From Camelus ferus (taxonomy: Eukaryota): a stretch of 64,000 nucleotides of DNA. The stretch spans positions 62,498,001-62,562,000 of the forward strand of contig NC_045696.1 in assembly GCF_009834535.1 (NCBI RefSeq), in the 5' to 3' direction. The translations under genes were made by a program, and so were the position numbers. How positions within the stretch are numbered: the first letter of the stretch is position 1; each line of letters opens with the position of its first letter. Positions 1 through 13,006 of the stretch are shown here, in pieces. The notes below the pieces were generated by a model that worked only from the letters and a program-made list of their open reading frames with translations, was not told the DNA's origin and made no database searches.

Positions 1-2494
1 CTGATTAAGTTGTATGGAATACTATAAGGAGCTTTGTTAAACTTGAATGTAATATCTATTCTATATTAACTAAGATATTAATTTCAAGAGTTGTTTCCAA
101 TATTCCAGTTACTGTTGGCTGCATATTGGAAAGAGAAACCAAGATTCAGAGAACTCCAATATTTGTATACATTTTGGGGACTAGATTAGATTTACAGTAG
201 AGACAAGAATGCCAAGAGATAAAAGTCTAGTCATTCACATTACTAAGTTTTAGTTTTTTTAAGAATCCCATTACTGTGTTCATTTCTGTAGCATTTGAAA
301 AGAATATTTCAGAAGCCTTTTTATTCACGTGCTTTATGTGTAAGAGAAACTTTTAAGAGTGTCCTGCATGTTTATAAGTGATATATGGAATCATTTTATC
401 AAAGAGAAGATTTGTGAGAGCTGGGTTTGTTTTTTTGGTAGCAAGGCAGCTGCACTGTTTATTCCTTGTAGTATCCTGATCTATTGTGCTGTTTTTGAAC
501 TAGTTCCTATTTTTATTTTCCTGCACAAATGAATCTTGTGGCATTTAAGTCTGTCTTGTGGACTTAACTGCCTTGGGTGCTGTAGAATTAATGTAAATGG
601 CAGATCTTGCTCAATGTTCAAGCTTTAACCATTAATTTTCCTGAGACATTGAGAGGAAAACCAGGAGGGAGACTGGTTGAAATAGGGAGAGAAGGATGTT
701 GCAGTTGCAACATTGTCTTTAGTAATTTGAGTAAAGTCAGTGGTTACTTGTACATTCCCTGAACATTTTGTTTTGTTTTTAGATTGGGAAGGCACATTTT
801 ATTGTGTAATTTTGGGTTCCCTTAGTTTTAAAAAAAAAAACCCAGTCTAAAGGTCAAAATCTTGTTCATTTAAAATGTACAGAAAGGTAAATGTGTTTAA
901 GTGTACTTTTTTTTAAGTGGGAATTTTCCACTTTGACCAACACTTGATGAAGAACTTTGAACTTGTTTAGGCCCTAAATTGTATGTGTAGTTGCTCTTTG
1001 AAATTTTATACAATTTTAATAAAAATTGTGGTTTTCCTTTATGTAAACATATGGTTCACTCAGGAAGTGAACATTTTGTTTGAAACAAAAAGTTGAATTA
1101 ATCAGTGCTTTTTGAATTGTAGATTTTTGCTCTAATTCATTGCTCAAATATAAAAATGTTGAGTCTTTATCTGATACATTTATTTTTTATTCTTAACAAT
1201 GTTTATTTTGCACCATTCTGAAGATTTCTTGTTTGTAGATTCTATTTCAGATATGATCCTTGTTCAGTAACTAGGATAAAAATCTTAAAAAGATGCTTTA
1301 GGGTGAAAGGTTTCAATGTGTGAAAGACATTAGAATGAAAAATGTGTACATATTCACACACACACATGCATATAATGTTTTGCTGTTAAGCTGATGCCAA
1401 TCCTGTCTGGGTTGCTACTTTACCTTCCATCTTTAGAACAGATACACTCTGTACTACAACTGGTACTTTATACATGGAAAGTATAGTGGGCAAGGGATGA
1501 AGCAAAATGTATTTTTATCTCAGAAGTGGTAGATTGGCATTATACTTTTATCATGAACCAAAATACACGAATCCAGTTATTCCTCATTGCAGGTTCTCAT
1601 TCCTCATTTAATGTTGTATCAACTTAAGTTAAAATAAGAAAGAACAAGCTTTTTTAACATGCCAGACCTCATGTTAGATGCTTTTATAGCTCCCATCTCT
1701 TTTAATGTTAAAATGTATTATGATGTGGGAATTATTGTCTTCATTTTTGAAATGTTTAAAAAAAAATCTCAAACTGGATATTTTGAGAAGTTAATTTGAT
1801 TTTCTTAATAGTGGACTTCCAAATGGCAGACTTGGAAGTGAATTCACTCTTTTGCTCTCTCAAGCCACAGGCTTTAATTGCATTAATTAAATTTGCATTG
1901 TTTGTGTATGATGTCTTTTATCATACAGAAATTTGAAAACTGGCTTCTGTGTATTGCCTAGAAATGTTTTTCTATTCCCATTATCAGAGGTTATTTTTCT
2001 ATTTGTAGCAATTTTTAGTTTCATGTAATGCAGCTGTAATTTAGTTTTGAGTGTGGGAGATAATCCTATTTTATTTTCTTCTTAATGGAAGCCCTTCTCC
2101 TAATGCCTTTTTTTGAATAATCTATCGTTTCCCCATTGATTTAAAATTCCACACATAACATGCATAAATATGCATACATATGAACATGTATTTTTTTCTG
2201 AATTCTACCCTTTTCTACCAATGTATTTGTTTTCCTGCAAATACTTATATTAGTTGCAGTATTTATAGCCTTATGATATCTGGTGGGAAAAGTTTTCCCT
2301 TGTTATTGTTTTTTCCAAAAATTTGATGGCTGTTCTTGAATATTTTGTTTTTATAGTAGCTTCTTCAGTTTCAGAAGAAGGTGTGTCATTCTATGAATTT
2401 TGGTCTTATTTATTTAAAGCTGTTTATTATGTAAAATTCCAATGATGCTATAACTATATGCTGTTTATAAGAGACATACTTTTTTCTTTTTTTT

Positions 2495-4623
2495 CAAAAT
2501 GACAACTTTAGATTCAAAGACACAGGTTGAAAATAGAAGGATAGAAAAAGATAAGCCGTGCAAGCAGTACTCAAGAGAACTGGAATGGCTATGCTAATAG
2601 CAGATAAAATAGACTTTAAGACAAAAATTACCAAACATAAAGGACATTTTATAATGATAAAAGGGTCAGTCCATTAGGAAGAAACACTTATAAACATATG
2701 CACTTAGCAAAGCCCCAAAATATGTGAAGGAAAACTGACAGAATTGAAGGGAGAAATAGAAAATCCAACAATAATAGTCACAGACAAATACTTCCAGTTA
2801 TGCGTAAAGCAACTAGACAGTTGGTCACTAAGGAAACAGAAGATGTGAACAACATTATACACTAAACAAGACTTAGTAGATATCTATAGAACACTTCACA
2901 CAGTAATAGCAGAATTAATATTCTTCTCCAGTACACACAGAACATTTTCTAGCACAGACCATATATTAAGGTATTAAATGAGCTTAAATAAATTTAAAAG
3001 AACTGAAATCATATAAAATATATTCTTTGACCATTATGGAATGAAGTTAGAAGTTAATGACAGAAAGAAATCTGAAAAATTCACAAGATGTGGAAATTAA
3101 GGAGCACATTCCTAAATAACCAGTGGATCAAAGAAGAAATTACAGGGAAATGAGATACTTTCAGACAAATGAAAACAAAATATAACATACCAAACTTATG
3201 GGAAGCAGCTAAAGCAGTGCTTAGAGGGAACTTTCCACCTAGAAACACCTATATTAAAAAGGAAGAAAAATCTCAAAATCAGTGATCTAACCTTCCATCT
3301 TGAGAAACTAGAAAAAGAAGAAAAACTAATCTCAAAGAAGGGAAAGGGAGGAAATAAAAAAGACTAGACCAGAAATAAATGAAAATGGAGAATAGAAGAA
3401 CAATAGAGAAAAATCAGCGAAACCAAAAGTTGGTTATTCATAAAGATCAACAAAGCTGACAAACCTTTAGCCTAGACCAAGAAAAAAAGAAGATTCAAAT
3501 TACTAGATTCAGGACTGAAAGAGGGGACATCTGTCTTACAGAAATGAGAGATTATAAGAGACTGTTATGAAGAATTCTTAGACTAACTTAATTAGTAAAT
3601 TAGTTAAGCTAGATGAAATGTATATATTCTTAGAAAGACACAAACTACTGAAAATTACTCAAGAAGAAATAGAAAATCTGAATAAACAGAAAAAATAGAG
3701 ATTGAATTAGTAATCAAAAAGCTTCCCCAAAGGAAAAGCCCAGGCCAAGATGGCTTCAGAGATGAATTCTATCATATATTTAAAGGTGAATTAACAACAG
3801 TCCTTCATAAAAGCTGCCGAGAAATGGAAAAGGAAGTGTCACTTCCCAGCTGATTCTATGAGACCAGTATTACCCTGCTACCAAGATCAGATAAAGATAT
3901 CACAAGAAAACTACAGGCCAATATCCCTTATGAATGTAAGTGCAAAAATCCTTAGCAAAATATTAGCAAACCGACTATAGCAACATAGAGAAAGGATTGT
4001 ACACCATGACCAAGTGGAATTTATCCCAGGAATGCATAAATCAATGTAGTAAACCATATTAATAGAACAAAGTATAAAACATAGTCATCTTAATAGATGC
4101 AGAGAAAGCATTAGACAAAATCCAACAGTTGCATGATGAAAACAGTCAATAAACTAGGAATAGAGAACTTCCCCAACTTGATAAAGGACATCTGTAAAAC
4201 ACTCTCAGCTAATATCATACTGAATGGTGAAAGACTAAAAGTTTTCCCGTAAGATCAGGAAACAGAAGTCTTTTCTTCCCACTTCTGTTGAACAATGTAG
4301 TGGAGGTTGTAGCCAGAGCAGTTAGGCAAGTAAAGGGAAAAAAAAGGCACCCATATAGAAAAGAAGTAGTAAATCCATCTCTACTTTTAGATTGTATACA
4401 GGTCTCCATAAGGATTGGTTCCAGGACCCCTGCAGATATCAAAATCTGTGGATGTTCAAGTTCCTTATATAAAGCAGTGTAGTGCAGTCAGCCTTTTGTA
4501 TCTGTGGATTCTGCATCCAAGGGTATGGAGGGCTGACTCTATCTTGTATATAGAAAATATTAAGGAATGCACAGAAATCAATTAGAACTACTAAGTTCAG
4601 CAAGGCCGCAGAATACAAGACCA
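2495..4623 (+). mobile_element. Degenerate LINE-1 ORF2 fragment (endonuclease through reverse transcriptase)
   Basis: A-rich sense strand with decayed ORF2 motifs: gataaaatagactttaag (endonuclease region), aactacaggccaatatcccttatgaat (NYRPISLMN), caccatgaccaagtg (HHDQV), atagatgcagagaaagca (IDAEKA) and LLNNVVEVVARAVRQ. Many stops and frameshifts; interrupted by a MITE at 4399. Confidence 0.92.
4399..4539 (+). mobile_element. MER2/Tigger-type (TcMar) MITE fragment
   Basis: Core ggattggttccaggacccctgcagatatcaaaatctgtggatgttcaagttccttatataaa, end ggtatggagggctgactc, flanked by TA at 4397-4398 and 4540-4541. Confidence 0.8.
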
Positions 4624-5012
4624 TTGTCAGGATGTACCACAGTTTGTTTATACATTCACCTACAGAAGGACATCTTGGTTGCCTCTAAGTTTTGGTAATT
4701 ATGAATAAAGATGTTATATACATCTGGGTGCAGGTTTTTGTGTGGACATAAGTTTTCCACTCATTTAGGTAAATACCAAGGAGCACAATTGCTGGATTGT
4801 ATGGTATGTATGGTAAGGGTATGCTTAGTTTTGTAACTAAACATATAAGTTTGGGGGTTTCTTATAAGAAAATCTTCCAAAGTGGCTGTGCCAGTTGCAT
4901 TCCCAAGAGCAATGATTGGGACTTCCTGTTGCTATACCTTCTTACCAGCATTTGATATTGTCAGTACTACTCTGGAGTTTGGCCATTCTAATAGTGTGTA
5001 TTGGTATCTTGT
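4624..5012 (-). mobile_element. Old L1 (L1MC-like) ORF2 end/3' UTR segment, antisense
   Basis: gtgcaggtttttgtgtggacataagttttc...aaataccaaggag...ggccattctaatag is typical L1MC antisense text; near-duplicate of 28066-28435. Confidence 0.85.
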
Positions 5013-5371
5013 TTTCATCTGTTATTTTTATATTCATATTTTGAATGAATCCTCAAATTTTCTTTTTTCTCCCTTTTTCTATTTCTTTGCCTTTTTGTCC
5101 TACTTTCTGGATAATTTATCCAACTTATTTTCTAACCCTAGTTTTCAAATATTCTTTCTTACTCTCTGAATATTCCTTTCTAATGTCAACCCATTCTTTA
5201 AGAGCTTCCCCTATACATCTGAAGAAATTAGTCATAGTTAAAATTTTTTCTCTCTGAATTATCTCTCCTTCCTCCAGGTGTTGTTGTTTGTTTGTTTTGG
5301 TCTCTGATTTCTTTTAGAAATGTTCCTTAAGGGTTTCTGTTTATCCTTGGCTCTCTGTTCACATAAATGAG

Positions 5372-6482
5372 ACCTAATGAAGCTTTTGCACAGCAAAGGA
5401 AACCATGAGCAAAACAAAAAGACAACCTCCAGAATGGGAGAAAATATTTGTAAAAGATGAGACTGACAAGGGCTTAATCTCCAGAATATATAAACAGCTC
5501 ATACAACTTAATAAGAAAAAAACAAACAACCCAATCCAAAAATGGACAGAAGACCTAAACAAGCAATTCTCCAATGAAGATATAAAAATGGCCAATAGGC
5601 ACATGAAAAAATGCTGAATATCGCTAATTATCAGAGAAATGCAAATCAGAACTACACTGAGATATCACCTCACACCAGTCAGAATGGCCATCATTCAAAA
5701 AGTCCATGAAAAATAAATGCTGGAGAGAATGTGGAGAAAAGGGAACCCTCCTACACTGTTGGTGAGAACGTAGTTTGCTGCAGCCATTATGGAAAACGAT
5801 GTGGAGGTTCCTCAAAAAAACTAAAAGTAGACTTACCATATGATCCAGCAATCCCACTCCTGGGCATATATCCAGAAGGAACCTTAATTCAAAAAGACAT
5901 ATGCACTCCAGTGTTCATAGCAGCACTATTTACAATAGTCAAGACATGGAAACAACCTAAATGTCCATCAACAGATGACTGGATAAAGAAGTGGTATATT
6001 TATACAATGGAATACTACTCAGCCCTAAAAAATAATAAAATAATGCCATTTGCAGCAACATGGATGGACCTGGAGAATGTCATTCTAAAGTGAAGTAAGC
6101 CAGAAGGAGAAAGAAAAATACCATATGATACCACTTATATGTGGAATCTTAAAAAACAAATGAACTTATGTATAAAACAGAAGCAGACTCACAGGTGTAG
6201 AAAACAAACTCATGGTTTATAGATACCAGGGGAGCAAGGGGGTGGGAAGAAATAAATTGGGAGTTCGAGATTTGCAGATACTAACTAATATATATAAAAT
6301 AGATGAACAAGTTTATTTATACTGTATAGCATAGGGAACTATATTCAATATCTTACAGTAACTTACAGTGAAAGAGAATATGAAAACGAATATATGTATG
6401 TTCCTATATGACTAAAGCATTGTGTTGTACACCAGAAATGGATGCAATATTGTATACTTCAATAAAAATATATTTTAAAAAA
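5372..6482 (+). mobile_element. Lineage-specific (younger) L1 3' end: ORF2 C-terminus plus 3' UTR
   Basis: Track ORFs 5405..5617 ([11 protein letters not shown]...) and 5731..6093 ([14 protein letters not shown]...[15 protein letters not shown]...MPFAATWMDLENVIL) are the L1 ORF2 C-terminus. The 3' UTR ends in caataaaaata near 6470. Confidence 0.93.
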
Positions 6483-6484
6483 TT

Positions 6485-7222
6485 ATTGGAAGTATAGTGT
6501 ATTTTGTTATGGTTTGTTGACTGGGAGGGTTTCACTGCAGGGTGGTATTTTCATTGGGACCACTCTGAAATGTCGGTATCTTTAGGTCTTTTCTTTTTCA
6601 TCTTCTGCCTAGTAGATAGAGCCTAAGTGCTAGATTTCAGGGAGCTGAGCTAAGGAAGGGGCTGGAGAAGGGCTGTGGGATAAGGACTTCTCACTGCAGT
6701 TTCTTTCATGGGGAATTTTTCACTGTTTTACTCAATAGTTTTGACTTGATTATGTAATCCTTTACAGAAAATAAAGCTCCCATCTTTTGTCAGGGGAGAG
6801 GTGGTCATGTCAGGATGGAGGAGTGGACTGGTGATCTGAAGAGTCTAATTGCTCCTTATGAATGAGTATAAGATTTCAACTAATCCTATTTTCAGCCTCC
6901 TGCCTCCTCCCACTGCCATCCATGTATTTTGAGACATAATGACATCGTCATGCCTTTAACCATTTTAGGATTCTGTATTGTAAATCTTTTTGCTTGAAAT
7001 TGGCTTCATCAGTGTATTTTGAAGACTTAGGTTTTGGCTTTTTCTGGTCTGGATTACTGTTCTTTTATTTGCCTTTCCTTTTCCAGAATTGTGTTGCTAC
7101 TGTTGTCACTTCTGTTCTTTGTCTTTGTGTATTAGCGCCCCTGCTTCTGTCTTATTTAATTGGATATTTTGAGAAAAGGGAGATAAATGGGTGTATCTGA
7201 TCTGTGATATTTAACTGGAGGT
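6485..7222 (-). mobile_element. Ancient L1/HAL1-like 5' region, antisense (probably continuous with 5013-5371 across the younger L1)
   Basis: gggagataaatgggtgtatctgatctgtgatatttaactggag resembles the reverse complement of an old L1M/HAL1 5' end. Weak similarity only. Confidence 0.35.
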
Positions 7223-7584
7223 TTCTGTGGTGTACCAACCAAGGCAAAGCATAATTTCTACTGGAGAATACTCTTTTAGGGTGGTAAGTATGGACCAAGT
7301 ATGTGGGGAGTTTGATTACCTGTTTCACTTCTTTTTCATTTACTGGTTGTGAGACCTTGGGCAGGTTTCTTAGTTTTTCCCAGGGTCAATGAGAATAATA
7401 CTGCACTACTGAGAATTCAGAATGCCGTTCACAGAAGTTGATGAGGAGTACCCACTTAATAATGCTAATTCCTCTTCCTCTTGTATCCTTGAAGACATGC
7501 TTGGATGATTTAGTTAAGGTTGCTGGCATATCTATATGGAAATAAACTATTGGTTGGAAGCATCTAGAATGCATAAAGGATTAG

Positions 7585-7746
7585 GCATGTTACTTTTTTT
7601 TAAACATTTTTTATTGATTTACAATCATTTTACAATTTTGTGTCAAATTCCAGTGTAGAGCACAATTTTTCAGTTATACATAAACATATATATATTCATT
7701 GTCACATTTTTTTCTCTGTGAGCTACCATGAGATTGCATGTTACTT
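7585..7746 (-). mobile_element. Short 5'-truncated young L1 3' end with perfect 11-bp TSD
   Basis: gcatgttactt at 7585-7595 and 7736-7746 flanks a T-tract plus tttattgatttacaatcattttacaat...gtgtcaaattccagtgtagagcacaat. Confidence 0.88.
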
Positions 7747-8829
7747 GTAAATATGAAAATCATCTATGTTGTGGGTGATGAAACAATAAAAGTAGATAGA
7801 CATGCTCCACTTTGTAGGAGAGCAGTAAAGATCTTTAAAATAGGGCCATATGTAGATTTCATGTGTAGAGTGTTTAAGAAGGTAGAGTGAGTAAAAGAAG
7901 AATAGGAGGGGGAAGCAACAACTGAGGACACAGTGCCTTAAGGATTTAAGTCTGCCATGAGAGAGCAAAGAATAAGTGAACTGAGATTATAGAGGAAAAA
8001 ACTACTGTGAGGAAATATTAAGTGTTTATTTGAGATTGCATGAAATCTATTTCCATTGAATTGCGTCTAGAAGGACTTGGGGAATAGACAGATGAGAAGC
8101 AATGCAAGTTAATACTCTATAAAGATTTGGGTGGATTAACATATGAAGAAATTCTCATAGTAGGAGTTAACTTCATTATGATACTGTAGTTAAGTTGTAC
8201 CTGAAATATGTCAGGATTCTTTATTGAAAGCTAGTCAGTTTTCCCCTTTAAAGTTTTTGTATTTTCTGTGTTGCCACAGACATACTCAAATTTAAATAAA
8301 TAAATTTTCACTACTTAAAAAGTTACAGTTCCGTATTGAAGTGTAAAACATGGTAAAACATTTAACCAAAAGCAGACAATGGAGAATGGGCACTAGGACA
8401 GTTAATATCAAGCATTTAACTTTGTATATATTTTAGAGTCATTAACAAAATTAGATATCTGTGTATACTTTTTAAATTGACTCATGTAAAATTAAAGTTT
8501 ATGGGACTAACCATTTTGATTTTTTTAGTTCTAGCTAGAAGTGTGTTCATTTTTAAGTAAACAAAACTTTTTCTGTTCTTTTTTTTAATGGTTTTAAATT
8601 TGGTGATATGTTGTTTTACTTTGCTTTTAGTTTTCTCTTCATAGGGAAACTTTATTATAAATTAAAAATCCATCTCTCTGGATTTTTAAATCAAAGTATT
8701 TAAACTAATGTAAATAAAAAGACTAGATTTTATTGATTATGGTCAGTTTTTTCATGAATAAAATGAATTAAAATACTCCTAGCACATTTATTATTTAATT
8801 TGAAATGACTTTGGCATTTCTTTCAGGTT

Positions 8830-9760
8830 TTATCTACTGGCTAAGAGCCATTTCCATTTGCCTGAAAAAGCCTTTGTTTTCCTTTGATGTTTGAAGGCTA
8901 TTTTCACAAAGCATAGAATAGAAGGTTGGCTTTTTTTTTTTTTTTTAAAGCACAATGTTATTTCATTGTCTTTTGTTTATGTTTCTTATTTTTTATCATT
9001 TATGTTACAAATTTGTTAGTCTTTGTTACTCTTTTGAGGATAGTATGTCTTTTTTCCTCTGGCTGCTTTTAAGAATTTTTATTTGGCTGTGGTTTTCAAG
9101 CAGTTTTACCATAATATGTGTAGGTGTGGTTTCTATTTTATTCATCCTACTTGGAGCTTGTAGGGTTTCTTCAGTATATAGGGTTTGTAGAGTATCTTTC
9201 ATCCGTTTGTAAAATTTCTGGCTATTATCTCTAAAAGTTGCCTCTGCTTCACTTCTCTTCTTTTGGGACTCAGTTCCACAAGAATATATTAGAATTTTTT
9301 TGCTCTGTCCTTACATGTCTCTTGTTCTTTTCTGAAATGTTTTGCTTTGTAGAGAAATGGGGTATTTTTATTGACCTGTATTCCCTCATCTTCTGCTGTA
9401 TTTAACTTCTGTTAAACCTATCTGTGGAGTTCTTCAATTGTATTTTTTTTTTTAACTTTTGGAAATTTATTTTTTATAGATTTTTATTCTTTGGTGAAAA
9501 TTACTAACTTTTCATATGTTTCTTACAGGTTCTTGAAGGCTTTTCTCTAGTTTCATGAACATATTAATTATTGCCATTTTAAAGTCTGTACCTAATAAAA
9601 CCAACATCTAGATCATCTGTGGGTCTATTGTTTTGTATTCTTTTGTTGTTTAGTTCTTTCTTTTGGTTGGCCCAGTTTTTGATTTAATGCTGTACATTGT
9701 ATATGAAAAAATTGGAGATGCTCTGGATGGTATTGTCTTTCTCCAGAGAAGGTTTAGTTC
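8830..9760 (-). mobile_element. Ancient L1M ORF1/5' region, antisense
   Basis: T-rich text such as ttttcacaaagcatagaat, cagttttaccataatatgtgtaggtgtggtttc and aaatttctggctattatctc is typical of antisense old L1 ORF1. Confidence 0.6.
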
Positions 9761-9838
9761 TTTCTCCAAAGAACTTTCCTTTGTTAGGCAGACAGAGGAG
9801 TACCAGCTGGTCATTTTAGTCCAGTCAATGAGTAAGCT

Positions 9839-10385
9839 TCGTTAGTTTCCTGTTGCTGCTATAACAAATTATCCCATATCTAGTGGCTTAAAACAACACA
9901 GATTTATTATCTTACAGTTCTAGGGGCCGGAGTTTCAGTATAGCTCTCATTCAGCTAAAACCAAGGTGTTGGCAGGACTGCATTCCTTTCTAGAAGGGCT
10001 AGAGGAGAATCATTATTTTTTGACTTTTCCAGTTCCATATTTCTTGATTCAGGACCCCTTTCTGTCTTCAAGGCCAGCAATGACTGTGATTCTCTCCCTC
10101 TTTCACTTATAAGGACTCTGTGATAACATTGGGCTTCCCAGATAATTCCAGGATAATTTCTTCATCTGAAGGTCAGGTGATTATTAACCTTAATTCTATA
10201 TGCTGTCTTAATTCACCTATACAGTGTAACCTAACATATTCTTCATAGGTTCTGGAGTAGGATGTTCACATCCTTGGGAGGCTATTATTCTGTTTACCGC
10301 ATTCCACCCTCTAGCTCCTAAAGATTCACTTCTGTCTCACATGCAAAATTTATTCACCCCATTGCAACTTCCAAAAAAGGCTCAT
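9839..10385. mobile_element. MaLR LTR (MLT1D/E-like) with adjoining internal-like sequence
   Basis: ttagtttcctgttgctgctataacaaatt...tagtggcttaaaacaacacagatttattatcttacagttctagg is a hallmark MLT1 end. Confidence 0.8.
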
Positions 10386-10605
10386 CTCAGCTGGGTTGCA
10401 GTTTTGCCAAAGATGTCATCTATGTTTATTATTTTACTATTACCTTCTTAAAATCATAGTGCAAAAGTTTTGGTATTTGCTATTTTTTATTTAATAATGT
10501 TATAAATTTTCATTATCACTAAGAAGGTTTTATGGTTTGAACAAAATGGTTGTTATCATATGTTCTATCAAGATGCTATGGGATAAACACTTGTTGCTTC
10601 TCTGT

Positions 10606-10872
10606 GTTTTTTTAAAATAAATTTTTTAATTGAAGTATATTCAGTTTACAATGTTGTGCCAATTTCTGGTGTACAGCATAATGTTTCAGTCATACATATA
10701 CGTCCATATATTCCTTTTCATATTCTTTTTCATTGTAGGTTACTACACAATATTGAATATAGTTCCCTGTGCTATGCAGTATAAACTTGTTGTTTATCTG
10801 TTTTATATATAGTTGTTAATATCTGCAATCCTGAACTCCCAATTTCATCCTTCTACTCCACCATCTTGGCAA
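10606..10872 (-). mobile_element. Truncated lineage-specific L1 3' end
   Basis: ttaattgaagtatattcagtttacaatgttgtg...gaatatagttccctgtgctat, the same family text as 27106, 53432 and 54573. Confidence 0.85.
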
Positions 10873-11184
10873 TCTCTCTATCCCTGTTTTTGAAGCGATG
10901 ATTCCCTACTTTTCTGGATTATAGATAGTATGATAATTAATAACCTCATGTTAACTTACTTTTTGAAGAGTGTAGATGAATTATCTTGGAGAATTTCTCA
11001 CATTCTAAAGTTGTCTGGTTGTTTCCTCTGGATAGATTGAATTTAAACATTTTTGGCAAGAATATTCATTGGTGATGATGTACTGTGTCATTTACATCAG
11101 GAGGCTCATGATGTTTGGTTGTCTTCTTGTTGATAATGCAGAGTTTGATCACTTGTGACATGGGAACCAGGGGGAGGGAGAGGC

Positions 11185-11720
11185 TTATGAATCAAAAGCC
11201 TTGAAATGGGAAGGAGCTAGATCTTCAAGGAACTAAAAGGCCAATGTGGGCTGGAGCAGAGTGAGCAAGAGGAGATAAGGAGAGATAAGAGAGATAAGCA
11301 GGGACCAGATCTTGTTAGGCTTTATAAGTCATCCATAGTAAGAGGTTTGGATTTTATGATTAGTGCAGTAGAAGCCATCAGAAAGCTTTTAGCAATAGTG
11401 AGAAATGATAAGGCTTGTATTTTAAAAATATTTTGACTACTATTTGGAAAATGGGTAGTAGAGGGGTGAGAGTGGATGTAGAGAGACCAGTTAAGGAAGC
11501 CATTGCAGGAAACTGGTTATCAGGATAGGTGAGGCAAGAGATGACTTCAGGAGGTGGTGGAGATGATTTTTGTAGTAGAATGAAAAAGAATTGCTGTTGA
11601 ATTGTTTGTCAGAAACAGAATAAAAAATTACATTTTTGACTTTAGCAACTGAGTGGATGGAGGTATAGTTTGCTAAGGGGAAGCAATGGAAGAGCAGGAT
11701 TTTGGCAAAAAATCTTGATT
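11185..11720 (-). mobile_element. L2 fragment
   Basis: GA-rich text ggccaatgtgggctggagcagagtgagcaagagg...gggaccagatc...gaagccatcagaaagctttt...gagagaccagttaaggaagccattgca. Confidence 0.7.
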
Positions 11721-12556
11721 TCTACTTTTGTGGAGCTGTCAAGTAGAATTGGCCCAGAAGTGTAGCCTTTTGTAATTTTACTTTACAAACTGATATGATC
11801 TTATCTCATATTCACTTTTCGGTTATAAACTCTTTGGTATGGGACCAGCAGTGTCTTTGTTTCCTTTCACTAGCAGGATAATTCCTTGCACACAGTAGTT
11901 AGGCTACAGACTTCTATTGCCAAAAATTATGTTCACAAAACAGTCATGCATTCTTCATTTTCACATAACATACTATTTTTATTTTGGGAATCTTTCTGTT
12001 ATTGTACTATTAATGAATTTGCAAAACTGTAAATAATATACGACAGCTGCTAGGGTTGTTTAACTTTTCTTTCACAACACAATAATTAAATCAAACCAAA
12101 AATTTTAGGTCCTCTTGAGTAGTTGTTACAACTCTTGAGAGCCTAGTCTATTTCTAGGCTGCCAGAATATTTATATATGTGGGGTTTATAAGGAAATAGT
12201 TATTCACAAACTGAACTATTCAGAGAATTAGTGTTTATTGCAGTTGTATAGGAATAAATTTAAATATCTCATATTCTGTCACCTTGATAAACTCTTAATT
12301 TTTCAGTTGACTGTTTACTTAGAATGTCTGTAACAGCTTTTTTTTTAAACTGTTGCTCCTGGACAACCTGAATCAGAATGAGAAATTTGAAAGAAATGTA
12401 ACTAAGGTTCCTTAAGTGATTGTAAAATAATTGTTCATAAGATTGTTCATAAACAATCATTGAAATAAGTGTGTTTCTCTAAGATAACCTTTGAAGTACA
12501 GGTTGATTTGGAAATATATGATCTTAATATTTTTATCAGTTTGTACTTTAAATCAT

Positions 12557-13006
12557 ATTTTGGTTATCTATTGCTCTGTAACAAGCCAAGTAAAATTTAG
12601 TGACTTAAAACAACCATTTTATTTTGCTAATGACTCTTGAGTCAGGAGTTTGGAAAGGTTTGAATGGTTCATCTCTGATCCATGTTAAGACAAGTGGGCG
12701 GCTGAGGCTGAAAGATCCACTTCCAGTGAGTGGCTTCTTCATTCACATTCTGATGCCCTGGTGCACTGTGACCCTTCTGTCCTCTCCATATGTCATGTCG
12801 TCCTTGAGGGCATTTAAGCTACCAGGCCAATTAAGGGCTAAGCCTAGAACAGGTACAGCATCGTTTACATTGTATTATGTTAAGACAGTCACAGGAGTCA
12901 CCCAGTAAAAGAGTGAAGAAATAGACTGTGTTTTGATGGGGGAATGGCAAAGTCATGTTGCAGTTGATGATGTGTGGTCATCTTTGGAAAATATAATCTG
13001 CTACAC
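12557..13006. mobile_element. MaLR LTR (MLT1H/I-like)
   Basis: Starts ttatctattgctctgtaaca...ttagtgacttaaaacaacc and ends catctttggaaaatataatctgctaca. Confidence 0.75.

Noticed and set aside
1..2400. ACAP2 promoter or first exon
   Set aside because: No CpG island and no MKMTVDFEECLKDSPRF-encoding sequence; exon 1 must lie upstream of the window.
2495..4623. Endonuclease plus reverse transcriptase as a novel RT system or active element
   Set aside because: Ordinary decayed L1 ORF2 with many stops, frameshifts and a MITE at the active-site motif.
2495..5012. Sense ORF2 next to an antisense L1 3' piece as a twin-priming inversion
   Set aside because: The two pieces converge, whereas twin priming gives diverging pieces ending in a poly(A) tail; no tail or TSD is present.
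5405..6093. ORFs of 70 and 120 aa (also 32562-32887 and 53708-54339) as host genes
   Set aside because: They are frameshifted L1 ORF2 C-terminal remnants or their antisense frames.
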